A DNA stretch of 64,000 nucleotides, taken from assembly GCA_039794345.1 (NCBI GenBank), contig JBDIVQ010000003.1:3046-67045 (forward strand). Direction: 5' to 3'. Below, one piece after another: positions 36,710 through 46,031 of this stretch. The translations under genes were made by a program, and so were the position numbers. The notes under the pieces are model-generated. The model searched no databases and was not told where the DNA came from. It saw nothing but the letters and a program-made list of their open reading frames with translations. The DNA comes from Phycisphaerae bacterium. Its GTDB lineage: Bacteria; Planctomycetota; Phycisphaerae; Phycisphaerales; UBA5793. The stretch's first letter is position 1. The number at the start of each line of letters is the position of its first letter.

Positions 36710-39700
36710 GTGGCCAAACGACGCAAAGCGAAGACCGGCGGAAGTTCGGGCGCGACGGACCGCTCGTCGCGGAAGACCACCCGGCCGCGCGGCGGCGGCG
36801 CCGCCGCCCGCGGGTCGGCGGGAAAGGCCGCTGGCGACGGTGAACTGCCCCTCGCTGCGTCCAACCCCTCCCCGGCCTCAGGCGGTTCATCTCTCCCTGC
36901 CGCCGACTACCGGCACAAGACCTCGACGCGCAAGAACAATCCGCCGGCCAAGATCGCGGCTGAAGGGACGGTGCCGGCCGTTGCCAAGGCCCGGTACGCC
37001 TACTCGCCTCACTTGGCGCCGGTGCTGCGGTTTGATCCGGCCGCCGATGCCGATCGGGCCGCGGCCGCCATCGCCGCGCTCATCGACAAGGCCGCCCGTG
37101 AGCCGCTCAACGCCGACGAGGCCGCCATCCTCCGCGAGGCGCTTGACGATCGCGAGCCCTGGCTCGAGTGGGCGAGCAAGCGCGAGCAGCACGAGCGCGG
37201 CCACCTCGAGGTCGATCCCGTCGCCCTGCACATCCACGAGCGTGTCAGCGCCCAGGCCATTCTCAGAATCGCCGCGCGGCAGGATGTGGAGCGCAGCCTC
37301 TTCGCCGATCCCGAGCAGGAGTACCACGAGGCGGTGCAGTTCTACCGCCACGACATCGACTGGACGAACCGCCTGATCCTCGGCGACTCGCTGGCGGTGA
37401 TGTCATCGCTGGCCCGCCGCGAGGATCTCGCCGGCAAGGTGCAGATGATCTACATGGACCCGCCCTACGGGATCAGATTCGCCAGCAATTTCCAATCGCA
37501 AGTCGGCAATCGCAGTGTCAGCGAGAAGGAAAGCGATCTCACTCGTGAGCCGGAGATGGTCCGCGCCTACCGCGACGCGTGGCACCTGGGCATTCACTCA
37601 TACCTGTCGTACCTGAGCGACCGGCTGATCGTCGCTCGCGAGCTGCTGGCGGACACGGGCAGCATCTTTGTGCAGATCGGAGACCAGAATGAACACCTAC
37701 TCCGATCGTTGCTTGACGAGGTAATGGGCGGCGAGAATCACGTCGCGACGATCACGTTCAAGACCTCGGTCGGACTCGGGGCCGAGTTCGTCGATCGGGT
37801 TTGTGATCACATCGTCTGGTTCGCCCGCGACAAATCGAGAATGAAGTATTGCCCGCTGTTCAAGCTGCTGGAGCGCGGCGAGAAGGGCGCGACGCGATAC
37901 AACTACGCGTTGCTTCCAGACGGCGTCATGCGCCCGCTAAACGCGGAGGAGCGCGACAAAGATTCCACGCTGCCCGAGGGTTGCCGTTATTTCACGGATC
38001 AAGGACTCACGTCGAGGCGAACCGGCACTCCGGCCGAGCGGTACGCAATCGAGTTTGAGGGACGAGAATATCCGCCCTCCGTAGGAACCTGGCGAACTAA
38101 TCGTGTCGGCATGGCGCGGGTGCTCGGTTCAGATCGGGTCATGCAGACCGGTAGTCAGATTCGATTTCGCAAGTTCTTCGACGACTTCGGTGCCGTCGCC
38201 ATCACGAATTTCTGGGAAGACGTTGGTGGCGGTATCCAGAGTCGCGTCGATCCGAAGGTCTATGTCGTTCAGACCAATACTTCGGTCATCGAGCGCTGCA
38301 TGCTCATGACCACCGATCCCGGCGACTTGGTTCTCGATCCGACGTGCGGGAGCGGGACGACGGCGTTCGTGGCCGAGCAGTGGGGCCGGCGATGGATCAC
38401 GATCGACACGAGCCGCGTCGCCCTTGCCATCGCGCGCCAGCGACTTCTCACCGCCCGGTTCGACTACCACCAGTTGCGGTCGATCAACGATGAAGATCAG
38501 AAGCGCAACCCGGGCGGCCCGTGGCTGAGCAATGGGGCCAGCGGCGTGCAAGGGCCATGCACATTCAAGTGCAGGACGGTGCCGCACATCACGCTGAGGA
38601 GCATCGCGCAGAGGTCCGAACTCGATCCGATCTTCGCCCGGCACGAGCCGATCCTCGATGATCGTCTTGCCCGCTGCAATGCAGCGCTGGCCCAGGTGAC
38701 GGACAAACAGCGGGCAGCGCTCGCGGGGAAACTGGCCGCGAAGATCGCCGCCGATGGCTGGAGGGCGTCGACGGACGCCGACCATCGCCGCTGGCTTCTG
38801 CCCGGAACGACGCGGGCGATGGTCGAGTCGGCCCTCGCTGCGGCTTTCGCCGGCACGAAGAAGAGCGCGAACCGCAAGCAGGTCGCAGCTCTCGCCGAGC
38901 GCATCCCGACGCGGGCGCAGGTCGGACCGAGCAGTGTGCCCGAGGGGACGATCGGCTGGGAGCACTGGCAGGTTCCCTTCGACACCGATCCCGACTGGCC
39001 GACGGCGCTCTCGGAAGCGGTCAGCGCGTACCGGCGGGCGTGGCGGGCGAAGATGGATGAAGTGAACGCCTGCATCGCCGCCAACGCCGATCAGGAGGAA
39101 CTCGTCGATCAGCCGGAGGTCGTCCGGGGTGTGACGCGGGTGAGCGGGCCGTTCACTGTGGAGGCGGTGCAGCCGCCGGAGATGAGCCTGGGCGAGGTGG
39201 CGGCGCGGACGGATGATCCGGAGTTCGCCGGCGCGCCGAAGGAACTCGAGTCGTTCCACGAGGACGGCGAGCCGGCGCGGGTCATGCGGATCGTCGAAGG
39301 GCGCGATGATGTCGAGGCTCGCAACGCGGCGGCCTACCTCAAGCAGATGTTCGACCACCTGCGCCGCGACGGCGTGCGCTTCCTCGGCAACCGGCAAATG
39401 GTCTGGTCGCGCCTCGACCCGCTCTACGAGAGCGGCTCGGGCGAGATGTTCCACGCCGAGGGGCGCTGGACCATCGAGGGCGAGGACGACAGCGACCCGC
39501 AGGGCAAGGCGAATGTCGTCGTGGTCTTCGGGCCGCAGTACGGGCCGGTGACGGCGAAGATGGTCGAGCAGTGTCTGCGGGCGGCAGCGCGGGCGCAGTA
39601 CGACGATCTCGTGATCGCGGGATTCTCCTTCGACGGCGCGGCGACCTCCGTCATTGACGAAATCGGCGGCGAGAAGGGAATGCGCACGGCTGGCGGGCAC

Positions 39701-40213
39701 CGCCTGCGAGTCCATATGGCCAACATCAGGCCCGATGTGAATCCGGGAATGAACGGCCTGCTCAAGGAGCAGCCGGGCAGCCAGCTGTTTACCGTGTTCG
39801 GCCAGCCGCGGGTGCGCGTGAACGGACCGGGCCGGGCAGGGTCGTTCGGCGACCTGGCGACGGGCGAGCCGCCTGAAGGCGAGTTCACAGTGACGATGGA
39901 GGGCGTGGACCTGTACGATCCGGTGAGCAACGAGGTCGTCCCGACCAACGCCGACAAGGTGGCGGCATGGTTCCTCGACAGCGACTACGACGGCCGGACT
40001 TTCTGCGTCAGCCAGGCGTTCTTCCCCGATCGCTCGGCGTGGGAAAAGTTGAGCCGGGCGCTCAACGGCCCGGGCGGCCCGATCGACGCGGAGCGCTTCG
40101 AGGCGTTCTCAGGGATGACGAGCCTGCCATTCCCGAAGGGCAAGCATGGGACGGTTGCGGTGAAGGTGATTGACCCGAGGGGGAATGAAGTGATGAGGGT
40201 GGTGACACTATGA
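36710..40213 (+). CDS. type III-like DNA methyltransferase (Mod), unusually long
   Basis: NRLILGDSL, IYMDPPYG (motif IV), LDPTCGSGTTAFVAE (motif I). A C-terminal region of about 450 aa is unassigned. GTG 36710 is a tentative start. Confidence 0.8.
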   Translation: MAKRRKAKTGGSSGATDRSSRKTTRPRGGGAAARGSAGKAAGDGELPLAASNPSPASGGSSLPAADYRHKTSTRKNNPPAKIAAEGTVPAVAKARYAYSPHLAPVLRFDPAADADRAAAAIAALIDKAAREPLNADEAAILREALDDREPWLEWASKREQHERGHLEVDPVALHIHERVSAQAILRIAARQDVERSLFADPEQEYHEAVQFYRHDIDWTNRLILGDSLAVMSSLARREDLAGKVQMIYMDPPYGIRFASNFQSQVGNRSVSEKESDLTREPEMVRAYRDAWHLGIHSYLSYLSDRLIVARELLADTGSIFVQIGDQNEHLLRSLLDEVMGGENHVATITFKTSVGLGAEFVDRVCDHIVWFARDKSRMKYCPLFKLLERGEKGATRYNYALLPDGVMRPLNAEERDKDSTLPEGCRYFTDQGLTSRRTGTPAERYAIEFEGREYPPSVGTWRTNRVGMARVLGSDRVMQTGSQIRFRKFFDDFGAVAITNFWEDVGGGIQSRVDPKVYVVQTNTSVIERCMLMTTDPGDLVLDPTCGSGTTAFVAEQWGRRWITIDTSRVALAIARQRLLTARFDYHQLRSINDEDQKRNPGGPWLSNGASGVQGPCTFKCRTVPHITLRSIAQRSELDPIFARHEPILDDRLARCNAALAQVTDKQRAALAGKLAAKIAADGWRASTDADHRRWLLPGTTRAMVESALAAAFAGTKKSANRKQVAALAERIPTRAQVGPSSVPEGTIGWEHWQVPFDTDPDWPTALSEAVSAYRRAWRAKMDEVNACIAANADQEELVDQPEVVRGVTRVSGPFTVEAVQPPEMSLGEVAARTDDPEFAGAPKELESFHEDGEPARVMRIVEGRDDVEARNAAAYLKQMFDHLRRDGVRFLGNRQMVWSRLDPLYESGSGEMFHAEGRWTIEGEDDSDPQGKANVVVVFGPQYGPVTAKMVEQCLRAAARAQYDDLVIAGFSFDGAATSVIDEIGGEKGMRTAGGHRLRVHMANIRPDVNPGMNGLLKEQPGSQLFTVFGQPRVRVNGPGRAGSFGDLATGEPPEGEFTVTMEGVDLYDPVSNEVVPTNADKVAAWFLDSDYDGRTFCVSQAFFPDRSAWEKLSRALNGPGGPIDAERFEAFSGMTSLPFPKGKHGTVAVKVIDPRGNEVMRVVTL

Positions 40214-40833
40214 CACGGAGGCGCCAAAACCGGAGCCGTTTCGGCCGGGACTCACATCCGCTGATCGGGGAGGATACTTTTGTACAACTCAAGTGGATTT
40301 CCGATAAGTATCGCCATCTGCATGACGAACGGCGCAGGTACGAGATCAAATTCCTGTTTGCCGCGTTGACCCTCTTGGTCCTCACCGCGGGAGCGTTCCT
40401 CACAGGCCAAGCGAATGTACACGTGCCGCAGTCATTCGCTTGGACTCTTGTCTGGCTTGTTGTCGTCTGGTTCAGCCACTTATCGCTAGCGGCGCTGACG
40501 TGGCTATATCTCTTGTGCCTACACGAGTCCAATCGCAAGGACATGCGCATTGCGAAGGATGCCGAGGATCGTGTGCTTGTCGCACACCGCATAGACCCTC
40601 GTGAGTGCATACGCAGTTACTCTCGGTACTTTCAGATGGCGGCGCTCTTTCTCGTGGCGATCATAGGGGCGAGTGTTGTAACACTTCAGCTCCTATCGCC
40701 ATCGCTGCCTCGGTCAGAGGAATTGAAGCAGCAGGATCTGAATGGGAATAGTGCGGATGCCGGCGGCGATCAGGGGCCGTCCAATTGGCGCCGTTCACTT
40801 GTAGGCAGCGAGGTACAATTCGCATCTGGCTAG
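40210..40833 (+). CDS. small 3-TM membrane protein embedded in the R-M operon
   Basis: The ATG overlaps the Mod stop (ATGA), and the ORF ends 8 nt before Res. Hydrophobic segments: FLFAALTLLVLTAGAFL, FAWTLVWLVVVWF..LAALTWLYLLCL, MAALFLVAIIGASVV. Lower GC. Confidence 0.6.
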   Translation: MTRRRQNRSRFGRDSHPLIGEDTFVQLKWISDKYRHLHDERRRYEIKFLFAALTLLVLTAGAFLTGQANVHVPQSFAWTLVWLVVVWFSHLSLAALTWLYLLCLHESNRKDMRIAKDAEDRVLVAHRIDPRECIRSYSRYFQMAALFLVAIIGASVVTLQLLSPSLPRSEELKQQDLNGNSADAGGDQGPSNWRRSLVGSEVQFASG

Positions 40834-40840
40834 GCACTTC

Positions 40841-43800
40841 ATGGCTGAAGGACCGGCATTGACTGAATCTGAACTTCCCATCCAGCCAGTTCCGCAGCCC
40901 ATCCTCTGCAATCCCTATGAGGAGCCGGAGGATCACTGGCTGTACGACCGCGAGACGGGTGTGCCGAAGCGGGCGGGGCATCGGCGGCCGGCCGGGTACT
41001 TCTACAAGACGGAGCGCACCGGCTCGACGCAGCAGCGGCTCTTCGCCGATGAGCAGTTCGACGACTTGCCGCTCGTCAACGCGCTGCGCGAGGATGTGAA
41101 GCGATGGCGAGCGGCAGAGTACCGCGGCGCCAGCACTGTCACGAAGGATCTGCTGCGCCACTGGGCGCGGACCGACCGGACGCGGCGGCTGTTCTTCTGC
41201 CAGCGCGAGGCGGTCGAGACGGTAATCTACCTTTCGGAGATGCGATTCACAGGGAGAGGCCGGTCGCTGGGGTTCAACCCGCAACTGACGGACGAGGATC
41301 TGACGAAACTCCTCGCCGGCGAGCGGCCCTCATTCAAGGCGACTGGAGGCTCGAAGGACTGGTATCCGAGGCTCATCGATCAGGCGGGCGATGCGAATCT
41401 GCTCGGCCTGCGGCGCATCGGCTGCAAGATGGCGACGGGCTCGGGCAAGACGGTCGTCATGTCGATGCTCATCGCCTGGGCGTTCTGCAATCGCGGCCGC
41501 AATCCGCGCAGCGCGGAGTTTCCCAACGCGGTGCTCGTGTGCTGCCCAAACCTGACGATCAAGGAGCGGCTCCAGGTGCTGCGGCCGGAGCACGCGGAGA
41601 ACTACTACGCCGAGTTCGACATCGTGCCGGCACGATACCGCGACCTGATGGGCTGCGGCAAGGTGCTCGTAACGAACTGGCACGCGCTGACGCTGGCGTC
41701 GGAGCACTCTGAGAGCGGATCGACCTACCGCGTCGTGGACAAAGGGGAGGAAGACGGCCGCTCCTTCACCGAGCGCGTGCTCAAGGAACTCGGCGGGCTG
41801 GATCGCCTGCCGATCATGGTGCTCAACGATGAAGGGCACCACTGCTATCGCCAGCGGCCGGATGATGCGGCCGAAGAGGCAGATGATGACTCCGCGACGG
41901 ACGAGGCGACGGAGGAGGACGTCGAAGAGGCCCGCATCTGGCTCGGCGCACTGGACCGCATCAACAACTGCGGCGCCGTGGGCGGGGAGGGGCGCGGCGT
42001 GTCTGTGTGCGTCGACCTGTCAGCGACACCCTTCTACATCAAGGGCAGCGGTCATCCCGAGGGCTCGCCATTCCCGTGGATCGTGAGCGATTTCGGACTG
42101 GTGGACGCGATCGAGAGCGGGATCGTCAAGATCCCGCGGCTGCCGGTATCGGACACGACAGGGCGGCCGGACCCGCAGTACTTCCGCCTGTGGGAGAACA
42201 TCACGCATGAACTCCAACCCGGCGAGCGGCTTCCGGGCAAGCGCAAGGGCAAGCCGAAGCCCGAGGTCGTCTACCGCAAGGCTCAGGGCGCACTGGCACA
42301 ACTGGCCGGGCAGTGGCTGGAGCGATTCCAGTTGATCCAGGGGGCGACGCCGGGCAAGGAGCGCGAGCCTCCGGTGCTGATCGTCGTCTGCGACAACACC
42401 GATATCGCCGAGGAGTTCTTCCGGCGCATCAGCGGCGAGCGGGAAGAGGAGATCGTGACCGAGGAGGATGTCGAGGAAGTTCTCGGCGATGACGGTGGGG
42501 AGGAAGAGGAGCAGCCCCGGCGGCGCGGAAGGTCGAACAAGCCGAAGAAGCGGACGGTGTACGGGCGCGGCGACGTCTTCCCCGAGTACTTCTCGAACAC
42601 GGCGGAGCGGAAGTTCACGATCCGCATCGACTCGAAACTGCTCGCGGAGGCGGAGAGCGATGTTCCCGGCAAGAAGCGCAGCGACGCCGCTGATGAACTT
42701 CGGCGCGTGGTTTCGACCGTTGGCAAGCGCGGCCAGCCCGGAGAGCATGTGCGCTGCGTCGTGTCGGTGGCGATGCTGACCGAGGGGTGGGATGCGAACA
42801 ACGTGACGAACATCCTCGGCCTGCGCGCCTTCGGCAGCCAGTTGCTCTGCGAGCAGGTGGTCGGGCGCGGCCTGCGGCGCATGGACTACAAGCCGGACCC
42901 TGAGACGGGTCTTCTGCACCCCGAGTATGTCGATGTCTACGGCATTCCCTTCAGCGTGATTCCCTTCAAGGGACGGCCGACGAAGGCCACGGCAGGCGAG
43001 GACCGGCCGAAGAACCACGTTCGGGCGCTCCCGGAACGGGCGCGCATGCGGATGGAGTTCCCGGTCGTCGAGGGGTACGTCTTCGCCCTGCGGCGGAATC
43101 TCATCCGCTGCGACATCGAGAGCATGGAGCCGCTTGCGCTGGAACCGAACATCGAGCCGACTGAGACCGTGGCGGCGATGGTCGTCGGTTACGCCGAAGG
43201 GCACACCACGAGCCTTGCCACGCCCTTCCCGACGACTCGCCAGACGCGCTCAACGTACTACGAGCACAATCACATCGAGACGATCAAGTTCGAGATTGCG
43301 CGCCGCGTGATGGAATGCCTGCTGGTCGGCGCGGCCGGATCGGGCGAAGCGGACCGGCGGGCGCGCGTGCTGAGATTGCAGTCGCGGCACCAGTTGTTCC
43401 CGCAGGTGTACCGGTGCGTCGATGAGTACATCCGCTGCAAGGTCGATGACCGGGGCTGCCCTTTGCAGGAAATCGGGCTTGAGCGATACGCCCGGCCCAT
43501 CATCGAGCGGCTCGTCGATCGGATCGAACCCGACGAAGATCAGGGAGAGCCGCCTCTGCTGCCCGTACTGAACCGGACGAAGCCGGTCGGATCGACCGAC
43601 GATGTTGACTTCAAGACGGTGAGGCCCTGCCGTGCGACGCAGGCGAGCCACATCGACCAGGTCGTGCTCGACACGGAGACGTGGGAGGCGTCGGTCGCAT
43701 TTCGGCTTGAGTCAGCGGTCGAAGCAGGCCTCGTGAAGTTCTACGCGCGCAACGAAGGCATGGCGTTCTCGATTCCCTACGACTATCTGGGCCTCAATCA

Positions 43801-44053
43801 CGGGTATGAGCCGGACTTCCTCGTCCGGCTGGCCGACGGCACGACGCTGATTCTGGAGGTCAAGGGCTTCGAAGACAACGAGACACGGGCCAAGCACGAC
43901 GCGGCGAGGCGATGGATCAGCGCCGTGAACATCTGGGGCCAATTGGGCCAGTGGCGGTTCCATGTGTGCCGCGATCCGGCCCGGATCGCGGCAGAGCTGA
44001 GATCGCTCCTGGCCGAGTCCGCTGAGCGAGTGCCCAGCGCCGTCGGACCATGA
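40841..44053 (+). CDS. type III restriction enzyme Res-like helicase-nuclease
   Basis: MATGSGKT (motif I), LNDEGHHC (motif II), MLTEGWDANNV, VVGRGLRR. C-terminal PD-ExK: YEPDFLV...LILEVKG. Confidence 0.85.
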   Translation: MAEGPALTESELPIQPVPQPILCNPYEEPEDHWLYDRETGVPKRAGHRRPAGYFYKTERTGSTQQRLFADEQFDDLPLVNALREDVKRWRAAEYRGASTVTKDLLRHWARTDRTRRLFFCQREAVETVIYLSEMRFTGRGRSLGFNPQLTDEDLTKLLAGERPSFKATGGSKDWYPRLIDQAGDANLLGLRRIGCKMATGSGKTVVMSMLIAWAFCNRGRNPRSAEFPNAVLVCCPNLTIKERLQVLRPEHAENYYAEFDIVPARYRDLMGCGKVLVTNWHALTLASEHSESGSTYRVVDKGEEDGRSFTERVLKELGGLDRLPIMVLNDEGHHCYRQRPDDAAEEADDDSATDEATEEDVEEARIWLGALDRINNCGAVGGEGRGVSVCVDLSATPFYIKGSGHPEGSPFPWIVSDFGLVDAIESGIVKIPRLPVSDTTGRPDPQYFRLWENITHELQPGERLPGKRKGKPKPEVVYRKAQGALAQLAGQWLERFQLIQGATPGKEREPPVLIVVCDNTDIAEEFFRRISGEREEEIVTEEDVEEVLGDDGGEEEEQPRRRGRSNKPKKRTVYGRGDVFPEYFSNTAERKFTIRIDSKLLAEAESDVPGKKRSDAADELRRVVSTVGKRGQPGEHVRCVVSVAMLTEGWDANNVTNILGLRAFGSQLLCEQVVGRGLRRMDYKPDPETGLLHPEYVDVYGIPFSVIPFKGRPTKATAGEDRPKNHVRALPERARMRMEFPVVEGYVFALRRNLIRCDIESMEPLALEPNIEPTETVAAMVVGYAEGHTTSLATPFPTTRQTRSTYYEHNHIETIKFEIARRVMECLLVGAAGSGEADRRARVLRLQSRHQLFPQVYRCVDEYIRCKVDDRGCPLQEIGLERYARPIIERLVDRIEPDEDQGEPPLLPVLNRTKPVGSTDDVDFKTVRPCRATQASHIDQVVLDTETWEASVAFRLESAVEAGLVKFYARNEGMAFSIPYDYLGLNHGYEPDFLVRLADGTTLILEVKGFEDNETRAKHDAARRWISAVNIWGQLGQWRFHVCRDPARIAAELRSLLAESAERVPSAVGP

Positions 44054-44098
44054 TGCGTGAGATCTTCGGCTGCTTGGACTTGGGAGAAGGAGAGAACG

Positions 44099-45079
44099 AT
44101 GCCGCAGGAACCCATGGGACGACTGGAACCGGTTGATCTTCGCAAGGCGTGGGAGAGCGAATCGGGCGACTTCACGCCGTGGCTGGCGCGGGAGGAGAAT
44201 CTCAAACTCCTCGGCGAGACGATCGGCATCGAACTTGAACTTGAGGCTCAGGAGAAGGACGTCGGCCCGTTTCGAGCCGACATCCTCTGCAAGGACACCT
44301 CCAACGGCACATGGGTGCTCATCGAGAATCAACTCGCAAAGACAGATCACTGCCACCTCGGCCAGTTGCTGACCTACGCCGCAGGGCTGGACGCCGTGAC
44401 CATCGTCTGGATCGCGAGGCAATTCACCGAGGAGCATCGCGCTGCGCTCGACTGGCTCAACCGCGAGACGAGCGACCACGTAAATCTCTTCGGGCTGGAG
44501 ATCGAGGTGTGGCGTATCGGCAACTCGCCGGCGGCGCCGAAGTTCAACATCGTCGCCAAGCCCAACGAGTGGACGCGCACCGGCCCCGTCGCTATTGGTG
44601 AGATGACTGAGACGCAGCGCCTCTACCTTGAGTACTGGACGGCGTTCCGCGGATACCTCGAGGAGAAGGGTACAGGCGTTCGCATGGGCAAGCCGCCTGC
44701 CGCGTCGTGGACGAACTTCTCGCTCGGCCGAACCGGCTTCGCCCTGTCGGCGGTAGTCAGCGCATGGTACAAGAACATGGTGGTGCAACTCGTGCTGATG
44801 GGCCGCGACCGCTTGGCACACTTCCACCTGCTCAAGCAGGATCAGCAGGCGATCGAGGAGCGGCTCGGCCGCGACCTGGAGTGGCGCGAACTGCCCGAGA
44901 AGAAAGAGAGCCACATCCGGCGAACCTTCGAGAACCGCGACCCGGCGGATCGAAGCCAGTGGCCGAACATGCGCGAGACGATGCGCCAGACGCTGGAGGC
45001 GTTTCAAGAAGTGTTCCGCGAACGAGTGAAGGCACTGGATGCGTCGGAGTACGCGCCAGCGGCTGAGGATGCCCCTTGA
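44099..45079 (+). CDS. DUF4268-like protein with N-terminal PD-(D/E)xK-like core
   Basis: GAAGGAG RBS. FRADILCKD..WVLIENQLAKTDHCHLGQLLTYAA, then YLEYWTAF. Confidence 0.7.
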   Translation: MPQEPMGRLEPVDLRKAWESESGDFTPWLAREENLKLLGETIGIELELEAQEKDVGPFRADILCKDTSNGTWVLIENQLAKTDHCHLGQLLTYAAGLDAVTIVWIARQFTEEHRAALDWLNRETSDHVNLFGLEIEVWRIGNSPAAPKFNIVAKPNEWTRTGPVAIGEMTETQRLYLEYWTAFRGYLEEKGTGVRMGKPPAASWTNFSLGRTGFALSAVVSAWYKNMVVQLVLMGRDRLAHFHLLKQDQQAIEERLGRDLEWRELPEKKESHIRRTFENRDPADRSQWPNMRETMRQTLEAFQEVFRERVKALDASEYAPAAEDAP

Positions 45080-45145
45080 TCGCCGTTGGTGGCGACACGG
45101 GATTCCGGGTATGCTTGCAGTCGGCGTGGCGGAAGGAGAAGTGCG

Positions 45146-45973
45146 ATGCGATGTTCGAAGCGATGTGCCGAGTTCCTGGCGGCGGCGGCTCTCGGCGTCG
45201 GGGGTATGGTCGTCCCGACGAATGGTGACGAACTGATCTCTGAGAACCTTCCGCCCAACCGGTATTTGGCCAGCACCGTCTACGACTACCACGTTCCGGC
45301 GCTCGCATTCGATGGCGGTGGGCTGGTCTTCGAGTCCACATGGGTCGCAACCGACCATTTCGGCTGGATCGAAGTCGATCTTGGCGAAATTCGTGACCTT
45401 GTCCGCATCCGTCTCGTGCTTCACATGTCTCCCCCCGGTCAGGCAACGTATCGAATCTGGTTCTCGGATGAACCCATGCAGGGTGACTTCTCTTCTGCGG
45501 CTCTCGTGGAGTCATATCCCGGCAATCACTTTGACGGTCAGGTCATGGAGAAGGTACTGGCGCAGCCGACGCCTGCTCGCTACGTCGCGGTCGAAACATC
45601 GGACTCGGCCGCATGGGCAGCATGGTACGAGATTCAGATCTTCGCGCCTAACTCCCCGTTCCTCGAAGTTTCCGCGACCTGCCCGAGCGGCGGTCCGATC
45701 GAGGTCGAATGGAATCGCGCGACGCCTGAGGGCCAATGTGCTCTCATCTTCGCACTCGATGAGGGCCAGTTTCTGATCCCGGCCCGCTACCCGTGCCAGG
45801 GCACGCGCCTCGGATTGGGATCGAGTCAGATCCAGCTGGTCGGCACATTCCGATCGGATGGCCAGGGCAATCGAACGATTCGCGGCTTCGCGGGAAACGG
45901 AGCGTGCGGCGCGTTCCTGCAATTGCTTGACCTGACCAACTGCGACACCAGCAATGTCGCTCGGATTCAGTGA
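45146..45973 (+). CDS. secreted discoidin/F5-8 type C-like domain protein
   Basis: GGAAGGAG RBS and a signal-like N-terminus. WIEVDLGEIRDLVRIRL...ARYVAVETS...WYEIQIF pattern. Confidence 0.55.
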   Translation: MRCSKRCAEFLAAAALGVGGMVVPTNGDELISENLPPNRYLASTVYDYHVPALAFDGGGLVFESTWVATDHFGWIEVDLGEIRDLVRIRLVLHMSPPGQATYRIWFSDEPMQGDFSSAALVESYPGNHFDGQVMEKVLAQPTPARYVAVETSDSAAWAAWYEIQIFAPNSPFLEVSATCPSGGPIEVEWNRATPEGQCALIFALDEGQFLIPARYPCQGTRLGLGSSQIQLVGTFRSDGQGNRTIRGFAGNGACGAFLQLLDLTNCDTSNVARIQ

Positions 45974-46031
45974 ACGCGATCGCGATCGGTTGATCCCCCA
46001 TTGAGGGAAGCGGCAAATCGGAGAGGGCGAC

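Noticed and set aside
38129-45424. Minus-strand ORFs 38129..39715, 42020..43204 and 43712..45424
   Set aside because: They are antisense to the Mod, Res and DUF4268-like genes, which carry unambiguous catalytic motifs.
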